A program made the translations under genes and the position numbers. A stretch of 64,000 nucleotides of DNA from the human T2T-CHM13v2.0 reference genome, Homo sapiens. The notes below the pieces were generated by a model. The model was not told the origin of the DNA. It made no database searches and saw only the letters and a list, made by a program, of their open reading frames with translations. The stretch lies in NCBI RefSeq assembly GCF_009914755.1, contig NC_060947.1; one strand, 5' to 3'. Shown in pieces: positions 41,599 through 56,127 of the stretch. Positions within the stretch are counted from its first letter, which is position 1; each line of letters begins with the position of its first letter.

Positions 41599-43704
41599 TT
41601 AAAAAGGGTATGAAATTGAACTATTATCCCAAGTCCTATTAATTCAGGACAACTGCTACAGGGTACAATTGTGTGAACATTTGCCCATCTATGAAGAATA
41701 AAACTAGCATAGGCTCAAATTGTACACTATTTATTTGTTAAAGGGATTACTGTGGTATCTGTTCATAGTAATTATATGGTGGATTAATATAATAAAAGTC
41801 AAATTTATGCCACTATTTAATAGAAATATTGCATTATGTGGTGCTGATATTTTTGTCAATTTAAATAGGCCGTAAAACATGTCATGGTAAATGGGAGAAT
41901 TAAATAAAAGGCTTTCTATGGCATCTTGGACTAGACAACAAGATGATAATCCATATGTTCTAGAAGTTTTGGCTGCAAGGTGAATGCTCATTCTATTAAA
42001 TTACTTTTCATGGAAATCCAAGGTGTCAAAGCTCTGCAGAGGACAGAGGTAACTGTGAGATTTAGTTTACGTGGCTCACAAGTGAATGCCATGTTTCCTC
42101 TGAATTGTTTTTACAGTAAACACCTACATCAATAGCATAATTTTGAAGTTGAAGCCCATTGCTTCAAAATGAGAAAAGTCAAAACCATGCATTCCTCTTA
42201 TTAGCTTAATATTGGAATAATATTTCCAGGGTCCATTTTAGACAATAACTGTCAGCTTGTTCTTGTATTTTAAGAAGGAAATATTAGTATTTTTTCTCCA
42301 GCATACATGGATCATAAAAGACTCACATAATTTGGAGTATTTTTGTGCAGACATGCTGTAAATTCTTCCTTGGTCACTCAAGTAATTAATTGAAAATACA
42401 AAATGTTAGCCCTCCATATTACAAACTATTTTATATATACGCCTAAATTAAGGGAGACACATCTTAAAACATTAGTTTGTACCTTGTTTCTGCTAGTGCG
42501 TAAGATACACTTAATTGAGTTTGTAAAACAATTCCCTGGGTTGGAAGAACAAAGTTAAAACTTGTTATATAATGGGTCCCACTTAGGTTTATGAGAAAAT
42601 TGTGGCTAAAGGGTATAAACAGTGACCATGTATCCTGCTAAATTTCTTTTTCTCTCAGGAGCAAGCCAGCATATAGAAATTTGGATTTCAGAGGTGGGGA
42701 GGGACAGGATGAAAAATACTGCACATTTAAAACTTAAGTATATGAATATATTCACACTTAAATGTATTCCTACTTAAATATTTGATAGATCTCTAAGGTG
42801 GAATCACTCTTCCTAAATGACAACATTAAACCAAAGCTGTTGAGTTTGGAGATGGGGATCTGCCCTGTGTCTGCCGCTGAACGTTCTTTTAGTGGTATCC
42901 GAGGACAGAGGAAGGAGATTCTGAAGCAGTCAGGTAGGGAGATAACGGTTTCTTCCATTGCCCAAGTCTGGAGAAAAGGGGTTTTGTCTGTGGTCTGATG
43001 GGGACGACACAATGCATTGGGGATGGTGGGGTGATGATAATAGCCACATATTTCACAAAGTGTGTGCACTGGTCACACAGGTTAGGCAGTCCATGGACAT
43101 CGCTGGTTAGGAGCAGATGTCCTGGGGTTTCATCTCATTCAAAGAGTGCTGCTTTTGAAAGCCAGTCCTATTTAATGCATTTTGGTGTACATTCTATAGC
43201 AATCCAAGCCTGCTTTCTCCTATGCTAAGCATTATTCACAATGTTTCCGTGGGCACCTGTATCTCCTTTGTGCTCTCTAACCTTAATCTTCTAAGTTCCA
43301 TGCGCTCTCTATGTGCATTCAGGTGAGATGCAGGCACAACAAGGGTTTTAAGGCGCCATTTCAGCAAAAATGAGCACAGAGAAAAACAAATCACAAGTAA
43401 AGTAAAATCACAGGTAAAACTGAGAAACTGTTTTAAACGGGCACTCTACAAAATCTATAAGCACTCTGAATCTACTCTGTTTATGAGTGCATATATGTGT
43501 GTCTGTGTGTGTACATGATGAGTTTTAAGATTTAAAGCTATCGTTGTTCTCAAGACATGGAGAGATTAGTTTTTTTCTTCCCCAAAATGTCTACAGGGAG
43601 GCATATATTTCTCCAACAACTGTGTGTGTTAGAGAATAGTTGACAAGCACATGCTTTTAAAAGCAAAACGATATGATTGCGATCACTAGATATTTTATGT
43701 TCTA

Positions 43705-43825
43705 AGACTGCAACCTTGAGCAATTCATTTAATCTTCTGTACCCCACTTTCCTCGTATGTAAAATGAGACAGTCTACACCCTGGGACTGGTAAAAGGATT
43801 AAATGAGGTAATGCATATAACCTAT
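43705..43825 (+). mobile_element. MIR core
   Basis: ACCTTGAGCAATTCATTTAATCTTCTGTACCCCACTTTCCTCGTATGTAAAATGAG...GGATTAAATGAGGTAATGCAT. Confidence 0.75.
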
Positions 43826-44749
43826 GCAGAACAACACATTTTGATGATTATTTGAAAGTTTTAAAACAAGTCATTGCTCTGTAAATGGTTGACTCAATGC
43901 TTTTCGAAAATCTCTTAAGCATTTGTTTGAAAAGTTTGTCTGTATGTAATGCACATCCTTATGAACTGTTACATTCTTTTCTATTATTATAATTTGAAAA
44001 CTGTAATTGCTCTACTAGAAATAACACCTGAAGCCCAATAACACAGGCAGCCCAAGCATGTTAGTTTGAAAGCTGTGTTCATAATGTATATCCTCATAGA
44101 AAGAGATGTTGCATAAAAACGAAGCTAATACCTGAGCCCACAAAAAATTGATTCGGCCAGTTGTACCACTGAAGCATAATAATGGTTCTAATATTCAAAA
44201 TTAGGCATCGTTTGATTTCTCAGTTTTTATTGGAATTTTTAGGGTTATATTTTGGGGTGCCAGAAATACATCTCCCCATTTCCTTTCTTCTGAGTCCAAG
44301 GCCCTGTGTTTAGAGCCTGGGGCTGAGAAAGATTTTTCTTTTGGGTATCCTTCCAGCTGTGGCTGTTGGCAATTTGTCTTAGTCTCCAAAGACTCCCTAT
44401 CCAGCCTGTTTAGGAACCAGTGACCTCAAGAACTAGTCTGAACCTTCACCTTTAATAAATGTCACCTGTTAATTCCAGGTAAGGTTTTCCCCTGGCTAAT
44501 TTATCTCATTTTCCCTAATTCTCTTGCCTCTAGAGGAAACAGGATTATTTGTGGGTGTTCTAAGTATTTACACGGATGGTCATTTTAGAGAAGGGTAGAG
44601 TTTCCGTGGACTTTTTCCTGTATCCCCATTTCTTTCAATATAATAATGAGAATTTGCAGAGGAAGTGTCACTTTCACTTCCTTAGCATAACCTAGATTTT
44701 TTTTGAACCAGGTGGCCTGAGAGATGGGACATATGAGTACATATTCTGG

Positions 44750-45262
44750 AAGTTCTGAGAAAGAACAAAAGAAACAGCCCTCATATCTGGCTGCTGGAAC
44801 TAGCCTGCTAATTAATGGCTAAGTCAAGGTGCATCCGGCTGCACATAAAAATAATTGAAAGAACTTCAACATCAGAAGAAGGCAGCCCACAGCCAGCACG
44901 GGATGAGACAGAAACATGAACAATTTGTAACCACTAATAACGACCCCAAATCCCCTTCTCTTCCACTGCTTATTTTTACTCAAGACAATGCTAGTCATGC
45001 TCTGGTCCTGTCACTTTCTGGCTAAAGGTTATTGACATCCCCATTATCCTGATAGCAACTAATCCAGGAACAAGTTCTTGCCCCTCTTAGCACTTCTAAA
45101 ACAACCCAGTCTAAGCCCAAACCCTTGACCAGCCCGTCTGAACCCCTCTCCAAGGTAGCTCATCATTCTCCTTGTATGCCCTCCCTCTGTTGAAACAAGT
45201 TCCTAAACCCAAGCTTAACTTCAGATGCGGTTCCAGGTGGTATTTGATGACTGCGCCTAATC
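44750..45262 (+). mobile_element. Old ERV1 LTR (MER67/MER31-like)
   Basis: CCTGATAGCAACTAATCCAGG...AAGCCCAAACCC...TAAACCCAAGCTTAACTTCAGATGCGGTTCCAGGTGGTATTTG. Confidence 0.5.
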
Positions 45263-45504
45263 AGTTCTGGTACATGCAGCTATAAAATGATGCAATGTTT
45301 TTATTGTTTTTTTTTTTTTTTTTTTTGCTTTCTTATTATCACTATCGCCATCACCCTTGAAAAGAGGACAGTCATTAATTTCTCAAACAGATTGCTCTGC
45401 CTCCTTAATGCTTTCCTTGCATCCAGAGCCCTCTCACTCTGATACAAACTATGCTCACGGTTACTTCTAAAGTGGACAGTTCTCCATCCTTTGCAACCTA
45501 AAAG

Positions 45505-45662
45505 AGTTGGGGTTAGTTGAGGACCAGCAACATGTGCACCACTTTGAGAGCTCGTTGGAAATGCAGACACAGGTTCACCAAACCACAATTGAATAAGGAT
45601 CTGCACTTTAAGCAGATGTCCTACATGTTCCTAAGAACGTGAATTTTTGAGAATTACTGCTA
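45505..45662. mobile_element. MER5A-like hAT MITE
   Basis: GGACCAGCAAC...GAGAGCTCGTTGGAAATGCAGA...ATCTGCACTTTAA...TTTGAGAATTACTGCTA. Confidence 0.7.
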
Positions 45663-45679
45663 AATGTCCCAGCTACACT

Positions 45680-46216
45680 CATACACCAATTTGGTGCAAT
45701 CATTTGGCGTCTCCCTGACTTTGGGACAAAGCCCAAACTCCCTGCCTTGCCTCTGGAGGTTTTTTATCAGCCAGTTTCTTTCTGCCTCGTATTTCGCACC
45801 TTTCTAAAAAATACCTTGTATTTTTTTACCCATGATGCAGGAGCATGGTTTCCCAACTTCCTCTGTCTTCTCACTTCAAAGGTGTGGAATTCTATCTTCC
45901 CCACAACACACCACCCACTGTCATTTTTTCTACGGAGTTGGAAAGATCTGGCTTAGGTTTCTTCAGACAGAATACGTTCCCAACCTTCCCAGACTAGGTT
46001 AAGAGCAGTGTCCAGACATTTCTTAGCACCACGTATTAGCATGGGTGCCATCTCCATCTCCAGCACCCCCTGCCTCTCCTTGCTTCTGTGTTTCTCTGCC
46101 TTCCCCTTGAGTTTTATGGTGTGAGAAGTTTTTTCTTCAATTTTAACACCAGCCCAGCACAGGGCCTGGGACAGTGGAGATATTCAGTAAAGGTTTGTTG
46201 AATGAATTAATGAATG
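45680..46216 (+). mobile_element. L2 3' end
   Basis: CCCAGCACAGGGCCTGGGACAGTGGAGATATTCAGTAAAGGTTTGTTGAATGAATTAATGAATG, the typical L2 tail. Confidence 0.65.
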
Positions 46217-46504
46217 CATATATTTTTTAGCATTCCTTGGGTTATTCACAATGAACAAGAATGCATAAAATAGTCAAAACAAGAGTGATTCTCCCTCCAG
46301 CTGAAATTTGCTAAAAATTCGACTTTGAATGCCTGAAGATGACAATATGTATAAGTATATATGTATGTGTGTATATACATGTGTTTATATGTGTGTTTAA
46401 TGCAAATGCCATTCTTAGAGATTTAAGTGCATGCATATCTATGAATATATCTATGTACATTATGTATCTGTATATATGTATGTGTGTCTAGGTGTGTGTA
46501 TATT

Positions 46505-46822
46505 CAGTAATGGCCCTTTTCCAAGGGGGATGTGTTCAAAACTCAGTGGATACCTGAAACCACAGATAGTACCAAACCCTTTATATACTATGTATTTTAT
46601 TATATGTACACACTTTTGATAAAGTTCATAAATTAGAGGCAGTAAGAGATGAACAATAACTAATAAAAGAGAACATTTATAACAATATACTGTCATAAAA
46701 GTTACGTGAGTGTGGCCTCTTTCAAAATATCTCATTGAACTGTACTCACATATTTTTACACCACAGTTGTCCACAGTACCTGAAACTGCAGAATGTGATT
46801 GCACAGATAAAGAGAACTAATG
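46505..46822. mobile_element. MER44A-like (Tigger7-derived) MITE
   Basis: CAGTGGATACCTGAAACCACAGATAGTACCAAACCCT...CAGTAAGAGATGAACAATAACTAATAA...CTGAAACTGCAGAA. Confidence 0.8.
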
Positions 46823-46833
46823 TATTTTCTATG

Positions 46834-46865
<32 letters not shown>

Positions 46866-47069
46866 CAGGAATATATATATGAGCACATTAAATATGTTGT
46901 GTGTGGATATACGAGTGTGTGTGCACATATATATGAGTGTGTGTATATTTAACGGAATTGGCATCTTCAGGAATTTAAGTATGTGATATCTATGTATATA
47001 TTTACATGTGTAACATATATATGCATATATGCATGTGTGCATATACAGTGTATGTAATGTATACATGCA

Positions 47070-47410
47070 CAGTCACGCATCGCTTAACAATAGGGATCAA
47101 TTCTGAGAAATGTATCGTTAGGTGATTTCATCATTGTGCAAACATCATGTAGTGTACTTACACAAACCTCGAGGTGCAGCCTACAGTACCCCTAGGCTCT
47201 ATGGTATAGCCTAGTGCTTCCAGACTACAAACCTCTACAGCGTGTGACTGGAGAGAAGACCCTAGGCAACTGTAACACAATGATGAGTATTTGTGTATCT
47301 AAACATATCTAAACATAGAAAAGGCACAAGAAAAATGTTATTATAATCTCTTGAGATTGTCATCATGTTATTTGCATTTGTCCAAAATGTTGTTATGCTG
47401 TGCATGACTC
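47070..47410. mobile_element. Tigger3a/MER7A-like MITE
   Basis: CAGTCACGCATCGCTTAACAA...TTCTGAGAAATGTATCGTTAGGTGATTTCATCATTGTG...TTGTTATGCTGTGCATGACT (TIRs). Confidence 0.85.
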
Positions 47411-48294
47411 TATACATAATGCATATATAGGATATGTACATGTATATACATATATAATGTACACATAAATGTACATATATGTGTATGTGTGTCTATGTAT
47501 TTCTCCTGTGTGCCTTCACAACACGATTGAGGCAAACAACATCTGAAGAATTTAGGAGTTCACATATGTCAGAGAGTCCAAGTCCTTGCTATCTTTCTTT
47601 ATCTGATACTTAGCTAGGATTATCACAACATGCAGGGCCTTGGCTTACAAGTGTTTGCCATATAACTTCTTGGTGAAAAGATTTTGGCTATGAGGATATA
47701 CTATCCTGTTATCCATCAAGTTCTCCTGTCGAATAGGGGCTAGTTTCCTCTGAACATATTCCATTATGAAAGGGGAGCAATGCAGGTGCGTGCCCCTTAG
47801 GGCTACTGCGAATGTCAAATAAGATCGTGATGGTTGGATGCACAGGAAGGAATTGACAAATGAGCTCCCATTGGTATGATAGTGATTTTCTGCCTCTTGA
47901 GTTTCATTCGGTAGAATTTCTTGCTGTCACTTGCAGGCTTACTCACCTAAGGCTATTTGAAAGTGTTTTGTTGACCACAAATCAAAACACAGTGACGCAA
48001 GAAGGCACAGTGGTAGAAATAACAAATCCAAACACTCCGTTTCAGACAGTGTCACCTGAGGAGCTTCACCAAACAGGGCTTGGTTTTCCAAAATCAGGCC
48101 AGCAGAGCCTCCTCAACTGTGCAGCTGGCCAAAGCTAAAGAAACTATCCCATTACCAAATGTATTTATCTATTTGTAGCCTATGTCAGGCGCATCACTTA
48201 GTTTTTACAAAGAAAAAGACATTCAAAGAACAACAAAAGTAAATAAAACACGCCACCTACCAAGAAAGAATGGACGCATAATTATTTGCACAAA

Positions 48295-50287
48295 GCATTA
48301 GAAAATACTGTGATATTTTATTATTAAAAATGCTGCTGAAAAGTTTATACATATGTGTCCGGCCATATATATCTTCTATCATTACTTAAGGCAAAATAAA
48401 AAACAAAACTGCAAAATAATAACCCAAGGAACCATTAAACCCTGCGTGCCTTTGAAGATCAAGAGTAAAAGCCTAGGACAGGATTTTTTTTTTTCTTACT
48501 TTTTTCTCATTTTTTTTCTTTTTTCTCTTTTTTATAGATAGCAAGTATATTTTTTCTCATAGAACTCTATGAAGATTCTATAACTTCTTTCCATGTAGAA
48601 ATAAGATATCATTTAAGATGTACTAAAATCACTTTTGATCATAATCCCCTGTAAAAGCTAAAGTTATTCACTTAACAGGAACTCTGTTTTTCCTTATTCA
48701 AATGTCACAAGCCTGACGCGTTACTGTACATATTGCTAGCAGGAGACAACTGGAAATACTAAACAAATACTGGAATTCACATTACAGACAGACGAAACCA
48801 ACATGGATGCCACACATAACTTCCTTTGTAGTTTCACAGAGAGCCTATTTGTGGTTGCTCAGGTGGGGTCATACATTGCTTGCAGAAATGGCCTGATCAT
48901 AGCTCTATGAAACAATGAATTCGGAATGAAATCTTACCATGACACCTCTCTGTAGGAAAGAAATGTTGCTTCACGTGTGCTAAGTTGAGATAATAATATT
49001 TCACATATTTATATACAGAGAATCACTCTCAAATTTAACCCAAGATAAGCAATAGGATTTGGGGGTGACTTGTACACATTTCTAAAAACACTTTTCTTTT
49101 TTCTAGAGGTCACTCTCAAACACTGATATATCACTATAGTTTGAGTGTAGGGATTCAGTAATCAAAGGTTGTTATTGCAAAAGAGCCAGGCAGCTGGACA
49201 ATTTTTATGGGGAATGTCCACTTTAGCGGAGAGATTTAAGACTGGATTTCTAGAATAACCCACAATGGAGCCGAGGAACATGATCTTCAAATATCTTTGG
49301 CTACTGTTTCTTGGTAATGCAATAATTTTTCAAAAAAGTATCCATTGCTACTATGTTTCCTTCCACCTTATAACACTCAAAACTTTCCTGAAAAATGAGA
49401 AGAGAAATGAAAAAATGACAAGCTGTTGGAAAGACAAATCTCTGATCCCTAGGTCACCAATTTAAAATGGGTGAATAATTTCCATTCAATGTCTTCTCAG
49501 TGAAGTTATCCTAATTTCCCAGAAAACCCATGCAAAGCAGTTTTAATATTCTATCCTTTCTTCCCCCATTCTTCTATAATATTCACCGTTTGGTGACCGG
49601 ATACACAAATCCACAAAAAGTGATGTTTTCAGACAATCATATGTTTGATCCCATAAATGATATAAAAGATTTTTAAAAACCTGCTTACTGATAAATAAGG
49701 GACCGAGTGCTTAAACAAAAAGGAAAGACACATGTCTTCCTTCAATCTGATTAGCTAAGCTGAGCAGGTACTTCATCGGCCAAACCCTCCCGCAGCTGCT
49801 AGGGAACACAGAGCCGTATTTACTCCAAGGGGCATAGCCCCACCAAAGGCAAGCTTTCTTCTTTTTTTGGCAGGGCCCTGAAATGGGAAGCAACTCTTCC
49901 TAAACATATTCAAAGGGCCAGAGCTACAGAACGGGACTTGTATTTTTGTTTCTCCCTACTGATTCTTTGTGTGTGCATGTCTCTAATTTAACAAGCTGTA
50001 AATACACTCCACTTTGGGGACCCATCTCTGTACTGCAATTTCATGAAGGCTAACACGTACAAGTCAAAAGTTTTTCAAAACAGTGGTCTCCTAAGAATGC
50101 TCTTGCATGCACCTGTGCAACCTGACGGGGGAAATAGGCCACACAGACCGTCTGGGTCTTCTGTGGGACATCACATCCTCCTACAAATGAGAATCTCATG
50201 TAAGAAAATCCCATGTCTTTGTTTACCACAAGTAATTAAGAAGAAAAGCCTCTTTTGTTGGGGAGGAAACAGAGGTGATATGACTAA

Positions 50288-50318
<31 letters not shown>

Positions 50319-51072
50319 TTATATACGTACAGAGCACAATGAAAAGCACAACCTTGCTAAAAGCTCTTTCAAAGTGAAAACACCAATAAAAGCTTTTTTT
50401 CTTGTTTGTCTGTTTGTGGTTTTTGTTTAAACTCACAGCTATATACATTTTTCTTTTTTACAAAGTCTCTTAAATATAGTTCAGGCTGGCAAAACACCTC
50501 TTTGCACAGAACCGTACAGATTTCGCTGCACAGTCCATTCTTTTAATAATAAATTTCTACGTTTCCTTCTCTCTGGATTACAGCTCCATGTGCTGGGCAA
50601 AATCTCATTGACTCTTTCTTCACTTAAGGAGAGCCATCCATTGTGTGGCACAGAAAGAAATGTTTAAACTTCCATTGTAATTAAAAAATATCAAGTGTCC
50701 TTGGCTGAGTTTCAGAAGTGTCAGCTGCTTCCATGACGTTGGAAACACCCGGGGCCTTGAAATGGTGATGTCCTATCACACTAAACATTGATTGGAGTGG
50801 TAGAGATCTTAAAGCAGTTATTTTAACAGAAATGTGTACTTCTCACATTTCACAGGGTCAGAAGTTGATCTTGTAATACTGGAAAACACCAACGATAAGG
50901 GTCTGCCGGGATGGGATGACTGCCTTTTTGCATTTTTGTCTTAAGTCAGTGGGACAAAAACATTCCTGGTCTGGAGACTTTCTTTCTCTCTCTCTTTCCT
51001 TCTCTCTTTCCTTCCCTCTTCTATGTTGCTGAGCGGGTAGGGCAGAGGGATAGGAAGGGAAATAGGGCAAAG
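48295..51072 (-). other. NLGN4X: NLGN4X 3'UTR (~2.8 kb; end approximate)
   Basis: Stretch with no recognisable TE from the stop codon to an AATAAA at 48317-48322, followed by U/GU-rich downstream sequence. Confidence 0.8.
48317..48322 (-). terminator. Polyadenylation signal AATAAA
   Basis: Minus strand reads TTTTTAAT-AATAAA-ATATCACAGTATTTTCTAATGC; downstream TTCTTTCTTGGTAGGTGGCGTGTTTTATTT is a GU/U-rich element. Confidence 0.8.
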
Positions 51073-51984
<912 letters not shown>

Positions 51985-52294
51985 TTAAACCAATAAATCA
52001 GGAAGTTACAATCTGCTCTTCATATATATTTATCAATGAGCACAAAATACCCAAGCAGCAAAGGTACATTCTGCTTTAATCCTAGACCTGTCTACCATGT
52101 TGTCTTTTCCTTTAAAAATTGCTCTTATTTTTCTTTTAAATATAAATCCTGATAGCAGCATTATGCAATTTTTATAACATGTTTACTATTTTTTAAGGCA
52201 TCAAATGATCTTCAAAAATAAAGGGAAAGAAGGAAAACTAAGTGTCTCTAGGAAAAATTTCAGTATTTCAAGTTTCACTCTTGTCGAACTGTAA

Positions 52295-52495
52295 AACTCA
52301 TCCAGGACTGATTTGCTCCAAAGGGATATTTGGCAGTATCTGGAGACACTTTTGGTTTCCGTAGACGAAGGGTTGTTCTATGAAGGGTGGAGGTGAGGGA
52401 TGCTACTAAATACCCTCTGGTGCACAGGAGAGACCCCCACAGCAAAGAAGTTATCTGGACCCAAATGTTAACAGTACTGAGGTTGAGAAATTCTG
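52295..52495. mobile_element. MER20 hAT-Charlie element
   Basis: GGGATATTTGGCAGTATCTGGAGACACTTTTGG...GGGATGCTACTAAATACCCT...CCAAATGTTAACAGTACTGAGGTTGAGAAA. Confidence 0.8.
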
Positions 52496-55400
52496 ATTAA
52501 GAAGCTATTGTCCAAGAAATGGGTATTCTCTTTCTTGCTCAAGAATTGCTTTTGAAGTAAATGAATAAATGTTGCAGTTTTAGCAATGAAAATTGATATT
52601 AACAGTAGAAATAAAAATAGGCTTTATAATTACAAAGTGTTTGTAAATAGACATATGCACCATGTGTTTGCTCTCTATTTGAAGGTAAAAAGATGAAAGC
52701 ACGCTATGTTAGCTGTAAGAAGTTTGCTAAAATGGTACATATAGTTATGATGAGGTTAACATGTTTAAGATAAAAAAGACACCCAGAAACAAGTCAAGGG
52801 CTGTTACAGATGCTAAGTTGTGCTTGGAAACTATGAGCCAAAGAATTATCTTCTTGTTATTTGCACAAGTGGTCACAGGTAGAAGGAGAATCATAAAAAT
52901 TTGGAGATAATTCATAAAACATAGGGCCTTTAATAAACATCTTTGCAACTGACTCTTTTAGGATAACACTTCCCCTTCAAAAAATAAATTACCAAATGCT
53001 CATTTCTTCCATTTTTTTTATGGCTTGTAAAGTAAGCTAAAAAACAATTACGTCTTAAGGTTTATTTGTTATAAAAACGATTTGAGATTATGCATGGCAA
53101 AATGTTATGTACTAGTTAGCACTGAGCATTGAGATGTGATGTGCAGAACCAGGCAAGCAGGGAGTTGCAACATCCTGATCAATGGCTCCAGGTGTGAGCT
53201 AAGGGCTATCTTCCAGGTAACTTCTCCTTGGCGGGACTTCTGTGAAACTGCCTCCAGTCATTGCATGGCCTGCATGGCAGAAGGCTGCAGGACCAAGGAA
53301 GATCATGTATCTGTAGCCATTACCAGACACTGTGCAGGATTCAAACAATATACTTGAGCCAGAGGCGCCACACTTGCTGAAGGAAGATTTTATCCCCTCA
53401 GTCTGAGTCTGTGGTGGTGATAAAATAAATCATTTCCCTGTATTCAACTTTCTGCAGCTCTGGCTAGTTAAGAGCTGTGAAATCTTAAGCAAGTTTTCCA
53501 GCCAGTATTGGCCTTAACTTACTCCTCTACATGGCTGATGAAAATATCAGGGTTGGAGGTAAGTGATGAAGGTTGAAAGATAATGACAAGATGTCTGGCA
53601 TATGGTAAGAATTCAGGAAATATTACCCCCTCTCTTCCAATATAAAAAATAGAACACCTATAATATTGCAAGGGAGGGAGAAGTAGGGAGTGATATACTG
53701 TATATCAGAGTACATACTGAATTTCTATATTGTATACATTGTAGAGTGCATAAAAGTATATTGTATATTACATACTATATACAAGTATACTGCATACCAC
53801 AGTTTATACTGCATACTAACTATATACTATATGCAGTATATATATGTATGTCATGTGTATATATGTGTATGTGTATATCTATCTATAGATATAGATATTA
53901 GATGTATAACATAATACAGGAGAAAAAGAAAGTTGACCTCTACCCTTTAGTTGAATGCACACTAACTGCTGTGTTTTCACTTTACTAATAGGGTGAGAAC
54001 AAATATATATAATCTCATAGGTTCTAATACCATGAGTTTTCTTATTTACTGATAAACAATATATTTGAAAAGTCTTCTGCTTTTTTTATTTATTATGCAT
54101 GTATTCTTACATGGTTTTGAAAAAATGTTGGATTCAATGCAGCAACTCATGTTTCTTTTGCTCTTTAAGTCCTCTGAAATAATTTTAAAATTTTCAGTTA
54201 TTTAACGTGTACTGAAAGAAAAATAAGTGAATGAATATTTTAGGAAAAAAATCCACTAATATTAGTTATTGATTTTTAATATTCTAAAGAAACAAATGGA
54301 AGTGAAGATTCTGCCTTTTTTTCCATGGATCCAATTTTACTGAATTGGATCTATTAGATGTGTGGCTACCTCATCTATTAAGCAGTGAGCATCTAGGAAA
54401 AGGAGTATTCTGTTCATGTTGGGTACAAGGCTATTTTCGAAGGAACTCAGGGTATATTTGAAAGGTAAAGAAAACACATTATATTTTGTTCTTGAAGAAT
54501 AAAGCAGAGGATTTGGAAAATCCATATAAATGAGCTGCCACCTGATACCGTCTGTCTATTAAAGATCTCGGAGATGCACAGCCAGAATTCTTAAAGCCAG
54601 ATAAACTTGTGGAGATTATGATAGCCCAAGTCATTCTCCCTTACCAAACCCTCCAGACAGTGAGGTCTAGATGTGGGGTATCAGTGTTTTGTTTTTTAGA
54701 CTTTATTCAGCCTAAGAAGTGTTTAAACTCCTGTGAGTAAAATTAAAGACTATAATGATTGAGGACAGAAACACAAGTTGGTCTCTCTAGTAAAAGACTC
54801 AATGCATGTCTTCCTCCTTATCCCCCAGCACCTAACACAGCCATTTCCACCTGTCCTGTTTTATTTGAGATGTCATCTTGGCAGCAGAGACTCAAGTGCC
54901 TTTCTAAGGTCTAGTTCATTTCTTTAGCTGGAGATGGATATAGTACTATGATCTCTCTAAAAATATCTGTGAATCCTCTCAGCTGTTCCTTTAAGTAGTA
55001 CAGGTTTTCCTCATACCCAAAACATTGTTCGCAGTTAACGATTATTACCGGACTAGTTTATTATGCATTCAGTGACTCCTCTTCCACACCAGGTGGGGAT
55101 GTTCATTCATTCAGCTTAAAATTCCTTTTTGGTAATAAAGGTCGCCTTTACAGCCAGAATTACGCTGCAACTCTCTGTAACCCATCCCCACTAAATACCT
55201 CATTGGAACTTCTTTTTTTTCCCAAAGATTTAACAACAGTTGAACGTAAATTAATCATAGGATACCAGCACATTCAAAAGCAGTGATGGTAGCTGATGCA
55301 AACAGGACAGAAATCAATCTGCCGTACAAACCCCAGACTCGATGGAACAACATAAAAAAATCAAAATATGTGTTGATCTGATTTTCCATTACAAAACTCT

Positions 55401-56127
55401 CTTCTCATATCTGACTTCCAATAGCACATAAGGTCTTCTATTCTATATTATAATGCATTGTTTGGTTACTTTAAAGCACTGTTCTTTGTCATACCTTATA
55501 AATAAACCAAGATTCCCCACTCCTTTTTGTCCATCTCTTTCCACACAGAGCTCAAAATGAAAGAATCCTGGATCACTGAGCACCTGAATTTCATTGACCA
55601 GCTTGGACGAACCCTTTTTCTCCTATTCCCAAAGTAATTTTCCAGGAAAAGGACTTTAATGCTCTAGAACCCTTTTGAAACTTTAGAGTTAGTTTTCACT
55701 TCTCCTTGACACTGCACCTGATTTCCAAAAACGGTCTCAATCTACCTTATTTCTACAATGCCTCTGCATGTTTGGGCTCACACGGTTCTCTTCCAGCATG
55801 ATTTTAGTCCTCTGACCTGGACTAACATTGAAACACCTCCTTGCTACAGGGGAGGATCCCCCTCAGGCACAGTCCTGGGCAACTGCTTCCCTATTCAAAA
55901 TAATAATAAAAAAGAAATAGCAAGGATTACTTGAGGCCCTGGCATTCAATGATTTCAACATCCTTTCTTGATCAAGGTTTTCATAATTTAGAGCCTCCGT
56001 AGGGACTTCCTCCTCATTTCTACTATGCGTACTCGCTGACTCCGCCTTTCTAAGATGGGAGAGCCCTCTCACCTAATGCTACCATGAAAATATACAGGTG
56101 ACATAATTTATAAGCAAAGATCCAATT

